Below are positions 29,016 through 38,931 of a DNA stretch of 64,000 bases, in pieces. Within the stretch, counting starts at the first letter, position 1; each line of letters starts with the position of its first letter. The translations under genes and the position numbers were made by a program. The notes under the pieces are model-generated. The model did not search any database. It saw nothing but the letters and a program-made list of their open reading frames with translations, and was not told the DNA's origin. The stretch is from Ignavibacteria bacterium. Lineage in GTDB: Bacteria; Bacteroidota; Ignavibacteria; Kapaibacteriales; UBA4661. Location of the stretch: assembly GCA_014654705.1 (NCBI GenBank), contig JACVZY010000111.1:54785-118784 (forward strand), in the 5' to 3' direction.

Positions 29016-29139
29016 TACATCCTTACGGTTTATCTGTGTGTAACAGACGTGCTGAGGTAGTGCTTCGAGAGTGCTGCTTCGAGAGGCAAATAGCGACCAC
29101 AGAAACCATATTTTTTCATTTCAATCAAGGAGTTCTTTT

Positions 29140-32100
29140 ATGAACACTGTTGATACGCTTATTAAGCAATCAACATCTCGCCTCCTCATGCCGTCAGTGC
29201 GTTTTGCACGTTTGGCAGCATTGGTCGTGTTTGGTGTTATGTTTGCCTTCGCAGGAGAAATCTACGCGCAGGTCTCAGGTACGGTTAAGGACGAAGCAGG
29301 TCCATTACGTGGTGTTACCATTCGTGTAAAGGGTGGTACAAAAGGTGCTGTTTCTGATAAAGATGGTAAATATTCCATCGCAACGACCGATGCAGACAAA
29401 GTACTTGTCTTTAGCCTGATTGGTTATGCAAAAAAAGAAGTTCCCATTGCCGGTAAATCAGTAATTGATGTTGTTATGGGACTCGACGTGCAGCGACTTG
29501 AGGATGTTGTCGTTGTGGGCTATGGCTCTGCAATTAAGAAAGACCTCACGGGCAGCATCACAAAAGTGAAAGCCTCAGAGATTGCCGATGTACCAGTTCC
29601 CTCATTTGATGCCGCATTGCAAGGTAAAGCTGCCGGCGTTGTTGTAACTCAAGGCTCAGGGAAACTTGGTCAAGGGATGCAAATTCGCGTTCGTGGTGCT
29701 TCTTCTATTTCTGCAGGACAAGATCCTCTTTATGTTCTTGATGGTATTATTCTTACACCATCAGCAGGTGGTTTTGGAGGTCAAATTACTCAAACTCTGA
29801 ACCCTCTTGCAGATATCAACCCTCAGGATATTGAGTCAATTGACATTCTGAAAGATGCTGCTGCTGCTGCTATTTACGGCTCGCGTGGCGCAAACGGCGT
29901 TGTGATCGTTACAACCAAAAAAGGTAAATCCGGTAGAACTAATATCAATGTAGGAATTCAGCGCGGTTTTAGTTCGCCTACCAAGCAATTAGAATTCTTG
30001 AATACGCAGCAATATGTAGATTACTATCGTCAAGCAGCAGGTAACTCTGACAAAATTGATGGTTATGATACGCAAGATCCCGATTCCTATACGCAGTATA
30101 TGGAAAGTTATTTCAAAGATCAAAGCGCAGGTGCGTTTGATCCCAATAACATTGCCGGTTCGCCAAATACCAATTGGGGAAAAGCTGTCTTGCGCGATGA
30201 TGCTCCATCGACCCAAATTGACCTTAATGTCAGTGGTGCCAATGAAAAAACTGCATTTTTCCTTTCCGGTCAGTATCTTGACCAAGAAGGTATTATTGTT
30301 GGAAATAAACTTAGCCGTATTTCAGGTCGTTTGAATGTTGACCACACGGTTTCTGATATTTTCAAAACAGGTTTTAATTTTAATATCGCACGAACACTCA
30401 ATCAACGTCTGCCGGGTGATAATGCATTCTCAAGCCCGCTTCAGGCTGTGGCTCTTGCGCCTATGACCCCGCTCAATGATCCTACAACAGGTTTGCCCGT
30501 AGGTACGCCGCCGGGTGATATTAACATCCCGGTTTACTACAACCCTCTTATCGGTATTAATAACTCATATCGTAACTTCGTTGTAATGCGCAACCTTGGA
30601 AGTGTATTCGGCGATTTGAAAATCGTTGATGGTCTTAAATTGCGCGGTCAAGTTGGTTTTGATATTTCTACCCAAACAGAAGAGCGCTGGTACGGTTCAA
30701 ACACGCGCCGTAATAGTGGTTATCCGCTTGGTGCTGCAGAAAACTACAACCAACGTGTGGAAAACTTTACCTCCAGCTTAGTAGCGAACTACAATAAAGT
30801 TTTTGATATTCACACTATTGACATTATCGCGGGAACGGAGTTCCAGCAATCACAAACTAAAAATAGCACCCTCGTTGCTCAGGATATGCCCTCGGATGCG
30901 TTCAAACTGGCAAATGCTGCTGCAAAGCCTGTCGTAGCTACAGGTTCGCAACAAGATTTCTCATTTGTATCTTATTTTGCGCGTGCAAATTATAAGTTCA
31001 GTGAACTTGTCCTTGCATCGGTAAGTGCACGTGTTGACGGTTCATCTCGTTTCGGTACAAATAACCGCTACGGTTTCTTCCCGGCAGCATCGCTTGGTGT
31101 TGTACTTACGGAGTTGGAAGGGTTGAAAGAAAACGAAGTGTTGAGCTTCTTGAAAGCACGAGCAAGCTATGGTCGCACAGGTAATGCTGAAATTGGCAAT
31201 TTCCAATCCCGTGGTCTTGTCTCAGGAGCTGCTCCATATGCAGGTGCTCCCGGTACACGCCCCTTCCAGTTGGCAAACCCAGACCTTACATGGGAAACAA
31301 CAGACCAAATTGATGCAGGTATTGACTTCGGTTTCTTTAACAACCGCATCACCGGTGAGATTGATGTGTATCAAAAAAATACTTCCGGATTGCTTCTGAA
31401 TGTGGACGTTCCCGGTACAACCGGTTTCCGTACGCAAACTCGTAACGTCGGCAGTATGCGCAATCAAGGTATTGAGTTTGTATTGAACAGCACAAACATC
31501 ACGACCGATGATTTTACATGGAGAACAAGCCTTAACTTGGCTTCCAATAACAACCTTGTTCAAAATTTGCAAGGTCAAGTTCTTCGTGGCGGACTTGCTG
31601 ACTTGCCAAGCCGTGCAGTAGAAGGTCAACCGATTGGCATCTTCTTTACACCTGAATATGCAGGCGTTGACAAAACAAATGGCGATGCTCTCTGGTACAG
31701 AAATACCAAAGACGCGAATGGTAATATTGACCGTTCAACGACCAAAACCTATTCACAAGCAACATCAATCTATGCCGGAAGCCCACTTCCAACATTGACC
31801 GGTGCTATTACGAACACATTTACCTACGCAGGTTTTGAGCTGAGCTTCCAGTTTAATGCAGTTATTGGTAACAAAATTAACTTCTATGGCGTTGGTCGTT
31901 ACTCATCGGCAAATGGTCGCTTTGAGGATAATCAATCTGTTGATCAGCTTAATTCGTGGAGACCGGACAACACCAATACCGACATTCCGCAAGCACGCTT
32001 GTTCTTCAATAACGGAGCACAAGCATCTACGCGCTTCATTTATGACGGTTCGTTCGTTCGCCTTCGTACTGCTACTATTGCATATAGCTTCCCGAAGGCA

Positions 32101-32295
32101 TTGGTAAGCGAAATTGGTCTGAACAGCCTGCGCTTGTTTGTCAATGGTGTAAATCTCTTGACCTTTACCAGCTACAGAGGCTGGGATCCAGAGGTTAACT
32201 CTGATGACTTTGTTGGCAATATTGGTCAAGGCATTGACTTCTATACCGCTCCGCAAGCACGGACGATTCAGTTCGGAATCAATGTCGGTTTCTAA
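29140..32295 (+). CDS. SusC/RagA-family TonB-dependent outer-membrane receptor
   Basis: AAGGAG lies upstream of the ATG at 29140. Signal peptide, CarboxypepD_reg-like segment (VSGTVKDEAGPLRGVTIRVKG), plug motif (DILKDAAAAAIYGSRGANGVVIVTTKKG) and a C-terminal F. Confidence 0.9.
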   Translation: MNTVDTLIKQSTSRLLMPSVRFARLAALVVFGVMFAFAGEIYAQVSGTVKDEAGPLRGVTIRVKGGTKGAVSDKDGKYSIATTDADKVLVFSLIGYAKKEVPIAGKSVIDVVMGLDVQRLEDVVVVGYGSAIKKDLTGSITKVKASEIADVPVPSFDAALQGKAAGVVVTQGSGKLGQGMQIRVRGASSISAGQDPLYVLDGIILTPSAGGFGGQITQTLNPLADINPQDIESIDILKDAAAAAIYGSRGANGVVIVTTKKGKSGRTNINVGIQRGFSSPTKQLEFLNTQQYVDYYRQAAGNSDKIDGYDTQDPDSYTQYMESYFKDQSAGAFDPNNIAGSPNTNWGKAVLRDDAPSTQIDLNVSGANEKTAFFLSGQYLDQEGIIVGNKLSRISGRLNVDHTVSDIFKTGFNFNIARTLNQRLPGDNAFSSPLQAVALAPMTPLNDPTTGLPVGTPPGDINIPVYYNPLIGINNSYRNFVVMRNLGSVFGDLKIVDGLKLRGQVGFDISTQTEERWYGSNTRRNSGYPLGAAENYNQRVENFTSSLVANYNKVFDIHTIDIIAGTEFQQSQTKNSTLVAQDMPSDAFKLANAAAKPVVATGSQQDFSFVSYFARANYKFSELVLASVSARVDGSSRFGTNNRYGFFPAASLGVVLTELEGLKENEVLSFLKARASYGRTGNAEIGNFQSRGLVSGAAPYAGAPGTRPFQLANPDLTWETTDQIDAGIDFGFFNNRITGEIDVYQKNTSGLLLNVDVPGTTGFRTQTRNVGSMRNQGIEFVLNSTNITTDDFTWRTSLNLASNNNLVQNLQGQVLRGGLADLPSRAVEGQPIGIFFTPEYAGVDKTNGDALWYRNTKDANGNIDRSTTKTYSQATSIYAGSPLPTLTGAITNTFTYAGFELSFQFNAVIGNKINFYGVGRYSSANGRFEDNQSVDQLNSWRPDNTNTDIPQARLFFNNGAQASTRFIYDGSFVRLRTATIAYSFPKALVSEIGLNSLRLFVNGVNLLTFTSYRGWDPEVNSDDFVGNIGQGIDFYTAPQARTIQFGINVGF

Positions 32296-32362
32296 TCAAT
32301 GTTCTGCCAACTTCGGTTGATTTTCCAATAAATTAAAAATGAATCATTAAGGATTCTCAATT

Positions 32363-33733
32363 ATGAAAACTTCAAAAACGATCAAATTATGGATGAGTGC
32401 TCTCGCTGCCGGTACTACGATGTTAGTAGTATCTTCGTGCGATAGCCTTCTGAACGTCCAGCCTGTTAATCAGGTGGACGCTGCTCAATCGCTCACAACT
32501 GGGCAAGGCGTACAAGTAGCACTTACGGGTGCATATGACGGCTTGAGCAATCGGTATGTCTATGGCGGCGAGCCGTGGGTATATGCAGACCTGTTAGCTG
32601 ATGATAACGAGGTGCGCTTTTCCGGAACCTTTGCCTATATGGATGAAATTTGGCGTAAAAGCATTGTTGTATTAAGCACAGGTTCGTCCGAGCCGTGGTT
32701 GAATGGTTATGATGCGATTAACCGCGCTAATACTGTACTTTCTGCTTTGGACAAACTCACTACCGCAGAACGTCCGACAGTGGAAGGTGCAGCAAAATTC
32801 ATTCGCGCAGCAACGTATTTTGAACTTGTTCGCTCCTTTGCAAAAACATGGGGCGACGGCGATAATAACACTAATCCGGGTGTACCGCTTGTGCTCACAC
32901 CAACAAATGTTGTAACAACTGCGGATAACGTTGCTCGTGCATCAGTGGCAGCGGTATATACTCAAATTATTAATGACCTTACAAGCGCTGAGTCATTACT
33001 TCCTGCGACCAGCAATGGTACTCGTGCCAATAAAGCAGTTGCTGCTGCTTTGCTTTCGCGCGTTTATTTAATGCAAGGTAATTATGCAGCCGCGCGTGAT
33101 GCTGCAAACCGAGTAATTGCTACTAATCGTTATTCACTTGCTGCAAATTTTGGTGATGCGTTCGATGAAAGCACAGGCGCATTCGCTACGGAAGTTATTT
33201 TCCGTATTACTGTTACAGAACAAGATGGTTTGAATCAGCAAAATGTGTTTTATGCTCCTGCTGCATTTGGTGGTCGTGGTGATATTCGTATTCAAACCAA
33301 ACACACGGCATTGTATGAGGCAGATGACGTTCGCGGTAAATTTTTCTATCGCGGCGGTAGCTTTACCTACACCAGTAAACATCGTTTCCAATATGGTGAT
33401 GTGATTGCATTCCGCATCGCGGAAATGTATCTCACACGCGCAGAATGTAATGCCCGACTGGGTACCGAAGTAGGTGCAACTCCTGCTGCAGATGTCAATC
33501 GTATCCGCAAGCGTGCCGGATTAGCTGATTTGGCTACACCAACGGTTAACGATATTCTAAAAGAGCGCAAACTTGAGCTTGCATTTGAAGGACACCGTAT
33601 ACATGATTTGAAGCGCACTCGTTCTACTATCGGTGCTGATAACCTTCCTTTTAGCTCGAACCGTGTTGTCTTCCCAATACCACAGCGCGAGATTGATGTT
33701 AATAAAAACCTCGTACAAAACCCTGGCTACTAA
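32363..33733 (+). CDS. SusD/RagB-family lipoprotein
   Basis: Lipobox VSSC. The motifs MYLTRAECNARLG and ERKLELAFEGHRIHDLKR are typical of SusD-like proteins. The gene follows the SusC-like gene. Confidence 0.85.
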   Translation: MKTSKTIKLWMSALAAGTTMLVVSSCDSLLNVQPVNQVDAAQSLTTGQGVQVALTGAYDGLSNRYVYGGEPWVYADLLADDNEVRFSGTFAYMDEIWRKSIVVLSTGSSEPWLNGYDAINRANTVLSALDKLTTAERPTVEGAAKFIRAATYFELVRSFAKTWGDGDNNTNPGVPLVLTPTNVVTTADNVARASVAAVYTQIINDLTSAESLLPATSNGTRANKAVAAALLSRVYLMQGNYAAARDAANRVIATNRYSLAANFGDAFDESTGAFATEVIFRITVTEQDGLNQQNVFYAPAAFGGRGDIRIQTKHTALYEADDVRGKFFYRGGSFTYTSKHRFQYGDVIAFRIAEMYLTRAECNARLGTEVGATPAADVNRIRKRAGLADLATPTVNDILKERKLELAFEGHRIHDLKRTRSTIGADNLPFSSNRVVFPIPQREIDVNKNLVQNPGY

Positions 33734-33758
33734 GACCCAGCGTTTTGCTCGAAACCAA

Positions 33759-33789
33759 AGCCCGAAGCCTCGCCGCTTCGGGCTTTTTT
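33759..33789 (+). terminator. rho-independent terminator
   Basis: Perfect 10-bp stem AGCCCGAAGC / GCTTCGGGCT with a 6-nt loop, followed by TTTTTT. It lies 26 bp after the susD-like stop. Confidence 0.75.
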
Positions 33790-33826
33790 ATTCTGTGGGA
33801 AACTTGTTGAAACGGAGATTTTTCCG

Positions 33827-33834
33827 TAGATTTG
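33827..33834 (+). promoter_or_regulatory. candidate -7 promoter element TAGATTTG
   Basis: Perfect TAnnTTTG match 46 bp upstream of the ATG at 33880. Confidence 0.3.
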
Positions 33835-33879
33835 TAATCTGTAATGGTATTTTTTTGCCACCATTTTTTGTACACCACC

Positions 33880-34491
33880 ATGTCTATCCATCTTGTTCGC
33901 CGTGCTACTGCTGCTTTGATAATGCTCGTAGCATTTGGAGCAATCGTTATGTTCGCAACCGCTAACACCACACCGAAAGAGACAAATTCTATGACCGCCC
34001 CCTCGCCATCCGCAACATCTATCTATGAATTTTCCATGAAAGATATTGACGGCAAAACCGTCAAGCTCGAAGACTTCAAAGGAAAAGCCGTTTTGATTGT
34101 GAACGTTGCCAGCAAATGTGGTAATACACCGCAGTACGAAGGTTTGGAAAAAATCTATAAGCAATACAAAGACAAAGGCTTTGTTGTTCTCGGCTTTCCG
34201 GCAAATAATTTCATGGGGCAGGAACCCGGCTCCGAAGCCGACATCAAGCAATTTTGCACGCAGAAGTATAATGTAACCTTCCCTATGTTCTCCAAAATTT
34301 CGGTGAAGGGCGATGACATTCATCCGTTGTACAAATATCTTACGCAGGCATCTAACCCGACAGGTGATGTGCGCTGGAATTTCGGAAAGTTTTTGATTGG
34401 GAAAGACGGTAAAATTATTGCCCGCTTCGACCCCAAAACATTGCCCGAAAGCCAAGAAGTTACCTCCGCAATCGAATCAGCGTTGAAGTAA
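33880..34491 (+). CDS. glutathione peroxidase (Cys-type) with N-terminal signal/anchor
   Basis: NVASKCGNTPQY (TGT Cys, not Sec), LGFPANNFMGQEPG and WNFGKFLI. Confidence 0.85.
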   Translation: MSIHLVRRATAALIMLVAFGAIVMFATANTTPKETNSMTAPSPSATSIYEFSMKDIDGKTVKLEDFKGKAVLIVNVASKCGNTPQYEGLEKIYKQYKDKGFVVLGFPANNFMGQEPGSEADIKQFCTQKYNVTFPMFSKISVKGDDIHPLYKYLTQASNPTGDVRWNFGKFLIGKDGKIIARFDPKTLPESQEVTSAIESALK

Positions 34492-34496
34492 CAGCT

Positions 34497-34865
34497 ATGA
34501 ATAACAATCAATGGAGCATGAACGAATGTTCGTTCAAGTCAACTGTGATGCGAACATTTGTTCGTGCTTCGTTTCTGTGTTGTGTTTGTGCGTCTGTATT
34601 GCAGGGGTGCGGTGCAAATCTGCATCCCGAGACAATTACCATGAAAAAAGAGCTTGAAGATTCACTCGTGAGCTATATGCAAATCCGTAATGATGACGAA
34701 TTTTTCCGAAAGTATATCGCCTTTAATGTTCGCTTCACGCTTCGGCACAAGTGGGAATTAAATGATACCGTGATAGCGAAAGAACTCAAGAACGAACTTG
34801 CAAGTATGGCGCTCGTGCAAGCAGCGCAGCGCCGTGTGGACGCTATTCAACAAAAAATTGATTAA
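34497..34865 (+). CDS. hypothetical lipoprotein
   Basis: ORF with lipobox LQGC. An internal ATG at 34548 is a possible true start. No recognisable domain. Confidence 0.45.
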   Translation: MNNNQWSMNECSFKSTVMRTFVRASFLCCVCASVLQGCGANLHPETITMKKELEDSLVSYMQIRNDDEFFRKYIAFNVRFTLRHKWELNDTVIAKELKNELASMALVQAAQRRVDAIQQKID

Positions 34866-34894
34866 CTCTTCTTTTTCAGAGCCTTACTTCAACT

Positions 34895-35569
34895 ATGAAA
34901 TATCTTCTCGTTAGCGCGTTCTTTTTTTTCTGTGCGTTTAGTTTACAAGCGCAGACCAAGCCGTCGCCGGCAAAGCCGGCTATTCCCGTGTTCGCAAAAC
35001 CAGTGTTGATGTTTGACAACCCGTCAGCGCTCATTGTCAATGCCTCCTCTAACATCGCAAACCAAGCCATCAAACTTCTCCAGGAGCGGGGATTTCAGGA
35101 AGAAATGGTACCGATGAAAGATAAAAAGGGTTTGTGGCGCATTGCGTTTATGGCAACGGGCAACAACCAGTCAAATTGCACACCCTATGCTGATATGTAT
35201 TTCGATGCAAAAGAGCGCTGGATTTCGACAGAGGAGTTCTTTAGCGTCAAAACTGATAGCTCTTCGTTGGATCTTGTAAATTTGATGAAAAAGTTTTCTT
35301 CAGCCTTAGATGCCAAAGGATACCGCATTGGTATTTGTGAAGATGGTGGCGGGCAGTCGCTCTGGAGAATTTCAACGCCCGTGCTGGCATGGTACGAGTG
35401 TGAAATTTTTAAGAAAAACGCCGACAATCTTGCTCTTGCCATCACGCTCGACAAAGAGCCATTCCGCGCTCCAAACCAGAATATCTACGGAACGGCATAT
35501 TTCGATGCCAATGGAAATTTGGTGCGAATACAGCCGAAATCAAAAGTGAAAACAACTGCCGCGAATTGA
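34895..35569 (+). CDS. hypothetical secreted protein
   Basis: Clear signal peptide (MKYLLVSAFFFFCAFSLQAQ). No recognisable domain. Confidence 0.5.
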   Translation: MKYLLVSAFFFFCAFSLQAQTKPSPAKPAIPVFAKPVLMFDNPSALIVNASSNIANQAIKLLQERGFQEEMVPMKDKKGLWRIAFMATGNNQSNCTPYADMYFDAKERWISTEEFFSVKTDSSSLDLVNLMKKFSSALDAKGYRIGICEDGGGQSLWRISTPVLAWYECEIFKKNADNLALAITLDKEPFRAPNQNIYGTAYFDANGNLVRIQPKSKVKTTAAN

Positions 35570-35667
35570 AGAAAACTACGAATTTGAAATTCTGAATGAC
35601 GAGATAATTTCTTGTAAAAGCCTCGCAGCAAGGTTTTTACACGCCTACCAACTTTCTCTTTCTAGTT

Positions 35668-37962
35668 ATGCTTACTATCCCCGAAGTTCTTGCCAAAGAG
35701 CTTTCCCTTGCTATTGTCAATGTCCAAAATGTCCTTGAGCTTCACGAAGAAGGAGCAACCGTGCCGTTTATTGCTCGTTATCGCAAGGAGCGCACGGGCG
35801 AGATGAACGAAATTGTTCTTCGCAATCTCATTGACCGCTTTGAATACCTGACTGAGTTAGAGGAGCGAAAGCAAACGGTCTTGGAATCTATCGCAGGTCA
35901 GGGTAAATTAACCGATGACCTTAAAAATCGTATTACGGCGTGCCTTCAAAAAAATGAGTTAGAAGATTTATACTTACCCTTCAAGCCCAAGCGCCGCACA
36001 CGCGCTACGATTGCACGTGAAAAAGGCTTAGAGCCACTCGCCGAAGCAATAGCTGCGTTGAATGTGCCCAATGCACCTGCTTCCGCGCAATCGCTTACGG
36101 AAATTGCTACTGCATACATCTCCGCAGAAAAAGGTGTGGCGACGGCGCAAGAAGCATTGCAGGGCGCATCCGATATTCTCGCCGAAGGTGTTGCCGAAAA
36201 AGCGGAATTGCGCTCTGCACTTCGTTCATTCATTATGAAGAACGCTGTGATTACCTCGTCTGTGAAGCCGGAATTTCCCGAAGGTACGACCAAGTTTGAA
36301 ATGTATCGCACGTACTCAGCACCCTTGCGCGACATTCCGCCGCACAATATGCTTGCGCTCAGGCGCGGAGAAGCGGATGAAATTCTTACACTGAACATCG
36401 AATTTGACGAAGAATACGTGCAGAAGTATTTAGAAAGCAAAGAGTTACACACTGCAAACAATGAGGTTTTTACGTTTATCAAGGCAATGCTCAAGGATGC
36501 TTTTGACCGCTTAATGAAATTTACGCTTATTGGTGAGGTGCGCCTTGAGAAAAAACGGGCGGCGGACGAAGCCTCTATCGGCAATTTTGGTGAGAATATG
36601 CGTAATCTTTTGCTGGCAAGCCCTGCCGGAATGAAGCCCACGCTCGGGGTTGACCCCGGATTTCGCACGGGATGTAAAGTAGTGGCTCTGGACACGACAG
36701 GGAAATATCTTGAATACAATGCGATCTTTCCGCACCAGTCCAAACATGAACGAGAGCAAGCCGCAAAAACACTCGCGAGCATGATCGAACGCCATGGAAT
36801 TGAACTCATTGCGATTGGCAACGGCACGGCAAGCCGTGAAACAGACGAGTTCGTGGGCGAAGTCTTGAGCAGTCTTTCGATGACGAAAAAGCCGGTGAAA
36901 GTAACCGTGAGCGAGTCGGGTGCGTCGGTGTACTCAGCAAGCGAAGTTGCTGCCGAGGAATTTCCTGACCTTGACGTAACGGTTCGCGGTGCTATCAGCA
37001 TCGGACGGCGTTTGCAAGATCCACTTGCGGAATTGGTAAAGATTGACCCGAAAGCTATCGGCGTGGGGCAATATCAGCACGACGTTGACCAAAAGCTTCT
37101 CAAGAAAAAGTTGGACGAAACGGTAGAAAGTTGTGTAAACTTCGTGGGTGTGGACGTGAACACCGCATCGAAAGAGTTATTGCGATCGGTGGCAGGAATT
37201 ACCGAGACCGTTGCCAAAAATATTGTTGAGCATCGTAATCAAAACGGTGCTTTCTTGAGTCGAAAAGACCTTTTGAGCGTGGCGAAGTTTGGCGCAAAGA
37301 CCTTCGAGCAGGCTGCGGGCTTTCTTCGGATTCGCGGTGGCAAAAATGCGCTGGACAATTCGGCGGTGCATCCTGAGCGCTATGCGATTGTGCAGCAGAT
37401 GGCTCAGGACGTGGGCGTAGAGTTGGAACGTCTCGTGGCATCACCGGAGAATGTTCGAAAAATTGAACTGAAAAAATATGTAACTGCTGAAGTCGGCGAG
37501 CCGACGCTGCAAGATATTCTGAAAGAATTGGAAAAGCCTGGACGCGACCCCCGTGCCGAGTTCCGCTATGCCGAGTTTCAAAGCGGCATCAACGATATGA
37601 AGGACTTGCAGCCTGGAATGGTGCTGGAGGGCGTCGTAACAAACGTAACAAACTTCGGTGCATTTGTGGATATAGGAGTGCATCAAGACGGCTTAGTGCA
37701 TATTTCGCAGCTTGCCAACCGCTTTGTGGCAAATCCGCTGGAGGTGGTGAAAGTGGGGCAAATTGTGAAAGTGCGCGTGGTGGAGGTGAATGTAGCACTA
37801 AAGCGAGTAAGCCTCAGCATGAAAAGCGAGGAAACGAGCGGAAAAGCCCACGCCGCCAAACGCCCTGATGAGGCAGCAAAAAAATCTGCTTCGGATCGCA
37901 GCGCTCCGGCTTCGATGGATGACCAATTGGCGCAGTTGAAAGAGAAGTTTGCGAAGAGGTAG
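35668..37962 (+). CDS. tex: transcription accessory protein Tex (S1 RNA-binding)
   Basis: The N-terminus VPFIARYRKERTG, a YqgF-like core (LGVDPGFRTGCKV) and the C-terminal S1 motif GMVLEGVVTNVTNFGAFVDIGVHQDGLVHISQL. Confidence 0.9.
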   Translation: MLTIPEVLAKELSLAIVNVQNVLELHEEGATVPFIARYRKERTGEMNEIVLRNLIDRFEYLTELEERKQTVLESIAGQGKLTDDLKNRITACLQKNELEDLYLPFKPKRRTRATIAREKGLEPLAEAIAALNVPNAPASAQSLTEIATAYISAEKGVATAQEALQGASDILAEGVAEKAELRSALRSFIMKNAVITSSVKPEFPEGTTKFEMYRTYSAPLRDIPPHNMLALRRGEADEILTLNIEFDEEYVQKYLESKELHTANNEVFTFIKAMLKDAFDRLMKFTLIGEVRLEKKRAADEASIGNFGENMRNLLLASPAGMKPTLGVDPGFRTGCKVVALDTTGKYLEYNAIFPHQSKHEREQAAKTLASMIERHGIELIAIGNGTASRETDEFVGEVLSSLSMTKKPVKVTVSESGASVYSASEVAAEEFPDLDVTVRGAISIGRRLQDPLAELVKIDPKAIGVGQYQHDVDQKLLKKKLDETVESCVNFVGVDVNTASKELLRSVAGITETVAKNIVEHRNQNGAFLSRKDLLSVAKFGAKTFEQAAGFLRIRGGKNALDNSAVHPERYAIVQQMAQDVGVELERLVASPENVRKIELKKYVTAEVGEPTLQDILKELEKPGRDPRAEFRYAEFQSGINDMKDLQPGMVLEGVVTNVTNFGAFVDIGVHQDGLVHISQLANRFVANPLEVVKVGQIVKVRVVEVNVALKRVSLSMKSEETSGKAHAAKRPDEAAKKSASDRSAPASMDDQLAQLKEKFAKR

Positions 37963-38096
37963 CAAAGAAATAGCTTGTACACCTTGCGGTTTTTTCGATA
38001 TTTTGTTGAAAATTTTCTTCACGATGTCATCTCCAAATGAATGTACAAATACTCCTTTATATGTAGTCACGGTTTTCATAACATATCGGAGTTTTT

Positions 38097-38699
38097 ATGA
38101 CGAGCAAATTTTTGCTGAAATTTTGTGTCGTGTGCTTCTTGGGTCAGAGTGTGCTTAGTATCACTTATACGCAGGCTCAAGAAGTTTTACCACTGGGTCG
38201 TACTGCCGTCAATACCATATACGGCGAAGTATTTGGTAGTGCTTCAGGTGGGAATGCAACAAATTATTCGATAAACTACGAGCGGGTGGTAGAAAACGTA
38301 TTGGCTTTACGTGTTGGAGTTGGCTGTATATTGCATAATCCTAGGCAAGACGGGCTTTCTAAATATGCAGGTTCAACGTTTACAGTCCCGCTTACGGCAA
38401 GTTATCTCTATAATTTTAATGCAAGTTCGCATAATGCCGAGATTGGATTAGGTTTAGCGACAACATTTTCATTGCACACTTTTGAAGGTGTAACGGATAA
38501 TGGTCAGCGTTACAGTGGATATGGTTTTGGATATACGCCACGAGTAAGCGGAATTGTCGGCTATCGTTTTCAGCCATTGGAAAGTGGGCTGAATATTCGT
38601 GCTGTCTTCACTCCTTTGTCAATGATTTTGTCACGAAACCCCTTTCCATTTGCGCCGGTTGAAGTCTATGGTGGAATAAGCATAGGCTATACATTTTAG
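38097..38699 (+). CDS. putative outer-membrane beta-barrel protein
   Basis: Signal peptide, alternating hydrophobic beta-strand pattern rich in G/Y, and a C-terminal ...GYTF. Confidence 0.5.
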   Translation: MTSKFLLKFCVVCFLGQSVLSITYTQAQEVLPLGRTAVNTIYGEVFGSASGGNATNYSINYERVVENVLALRVGVGCILHNPRQDGLSKYAGSTFTVPLTASYLYNFNASSHNAEIGLGLATTFSLHTFEGVTDNGQRYSGYGFGYTPRVSGIVGYRFQPLESGLNIRAVFTPLSMILSRNPFPFAPVEVYGGISIGYTF

Positions 38700-38773
38700 T
38701 ATGGTGGAAACGATTTCTAAGCAACATTGTCCAAAGCACGCACGAAAGTAAACCAAACGTATTGCAAGAATCC

Positions 38774-38811
38774 AACGCCTGTACGCTTCTGAGACCGTTC
38801 AGGCGTTTTTT
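38774..38811 (+). terminator. rho-independent terminator candidate
   Basis: 8-bp stem AACGCCTG / CAGGCGTT with an 18-nt loop, followed by TTTTTT. Confidence 0.45.
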
Positions 38812-38904
38812 ATTGCTGCGTTGTGAAATTTATCTGTGGATTTCCAAAAAAAGCGTATAAATTTACAGGCTGTCTCCGCTATTGGTTGCACAGCTTCCCG
38901 TCCG

Positions 38905-38912
38905 TAATTTTG
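38905..38912 (+). promoter_or_regulatory. candidate -7 promoter element TAATTTTG
   Basis: Perfect TAnnTTTG match 20 bp upstream of the ATG at 38932. Confidence 0.25.
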
Positions 38913-38931
38913 GCAGCATTTTTCGGTTTTC

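Noticed and set aside
33730-34455. 241-aa ORF antisense to the glutathione peroxidase gene
   Set aside because: The opposite strand carries canonical GPx motifs. The antisense product has no recognisable features.
35946-37001. 351-aa ORF antisense to tex
   Set aside because: It lies entirely inside a well-supported conserved gene on the other strand. Its Ser/Ala/Arg-rich low-complexity composition is typical of shadow ORFs.
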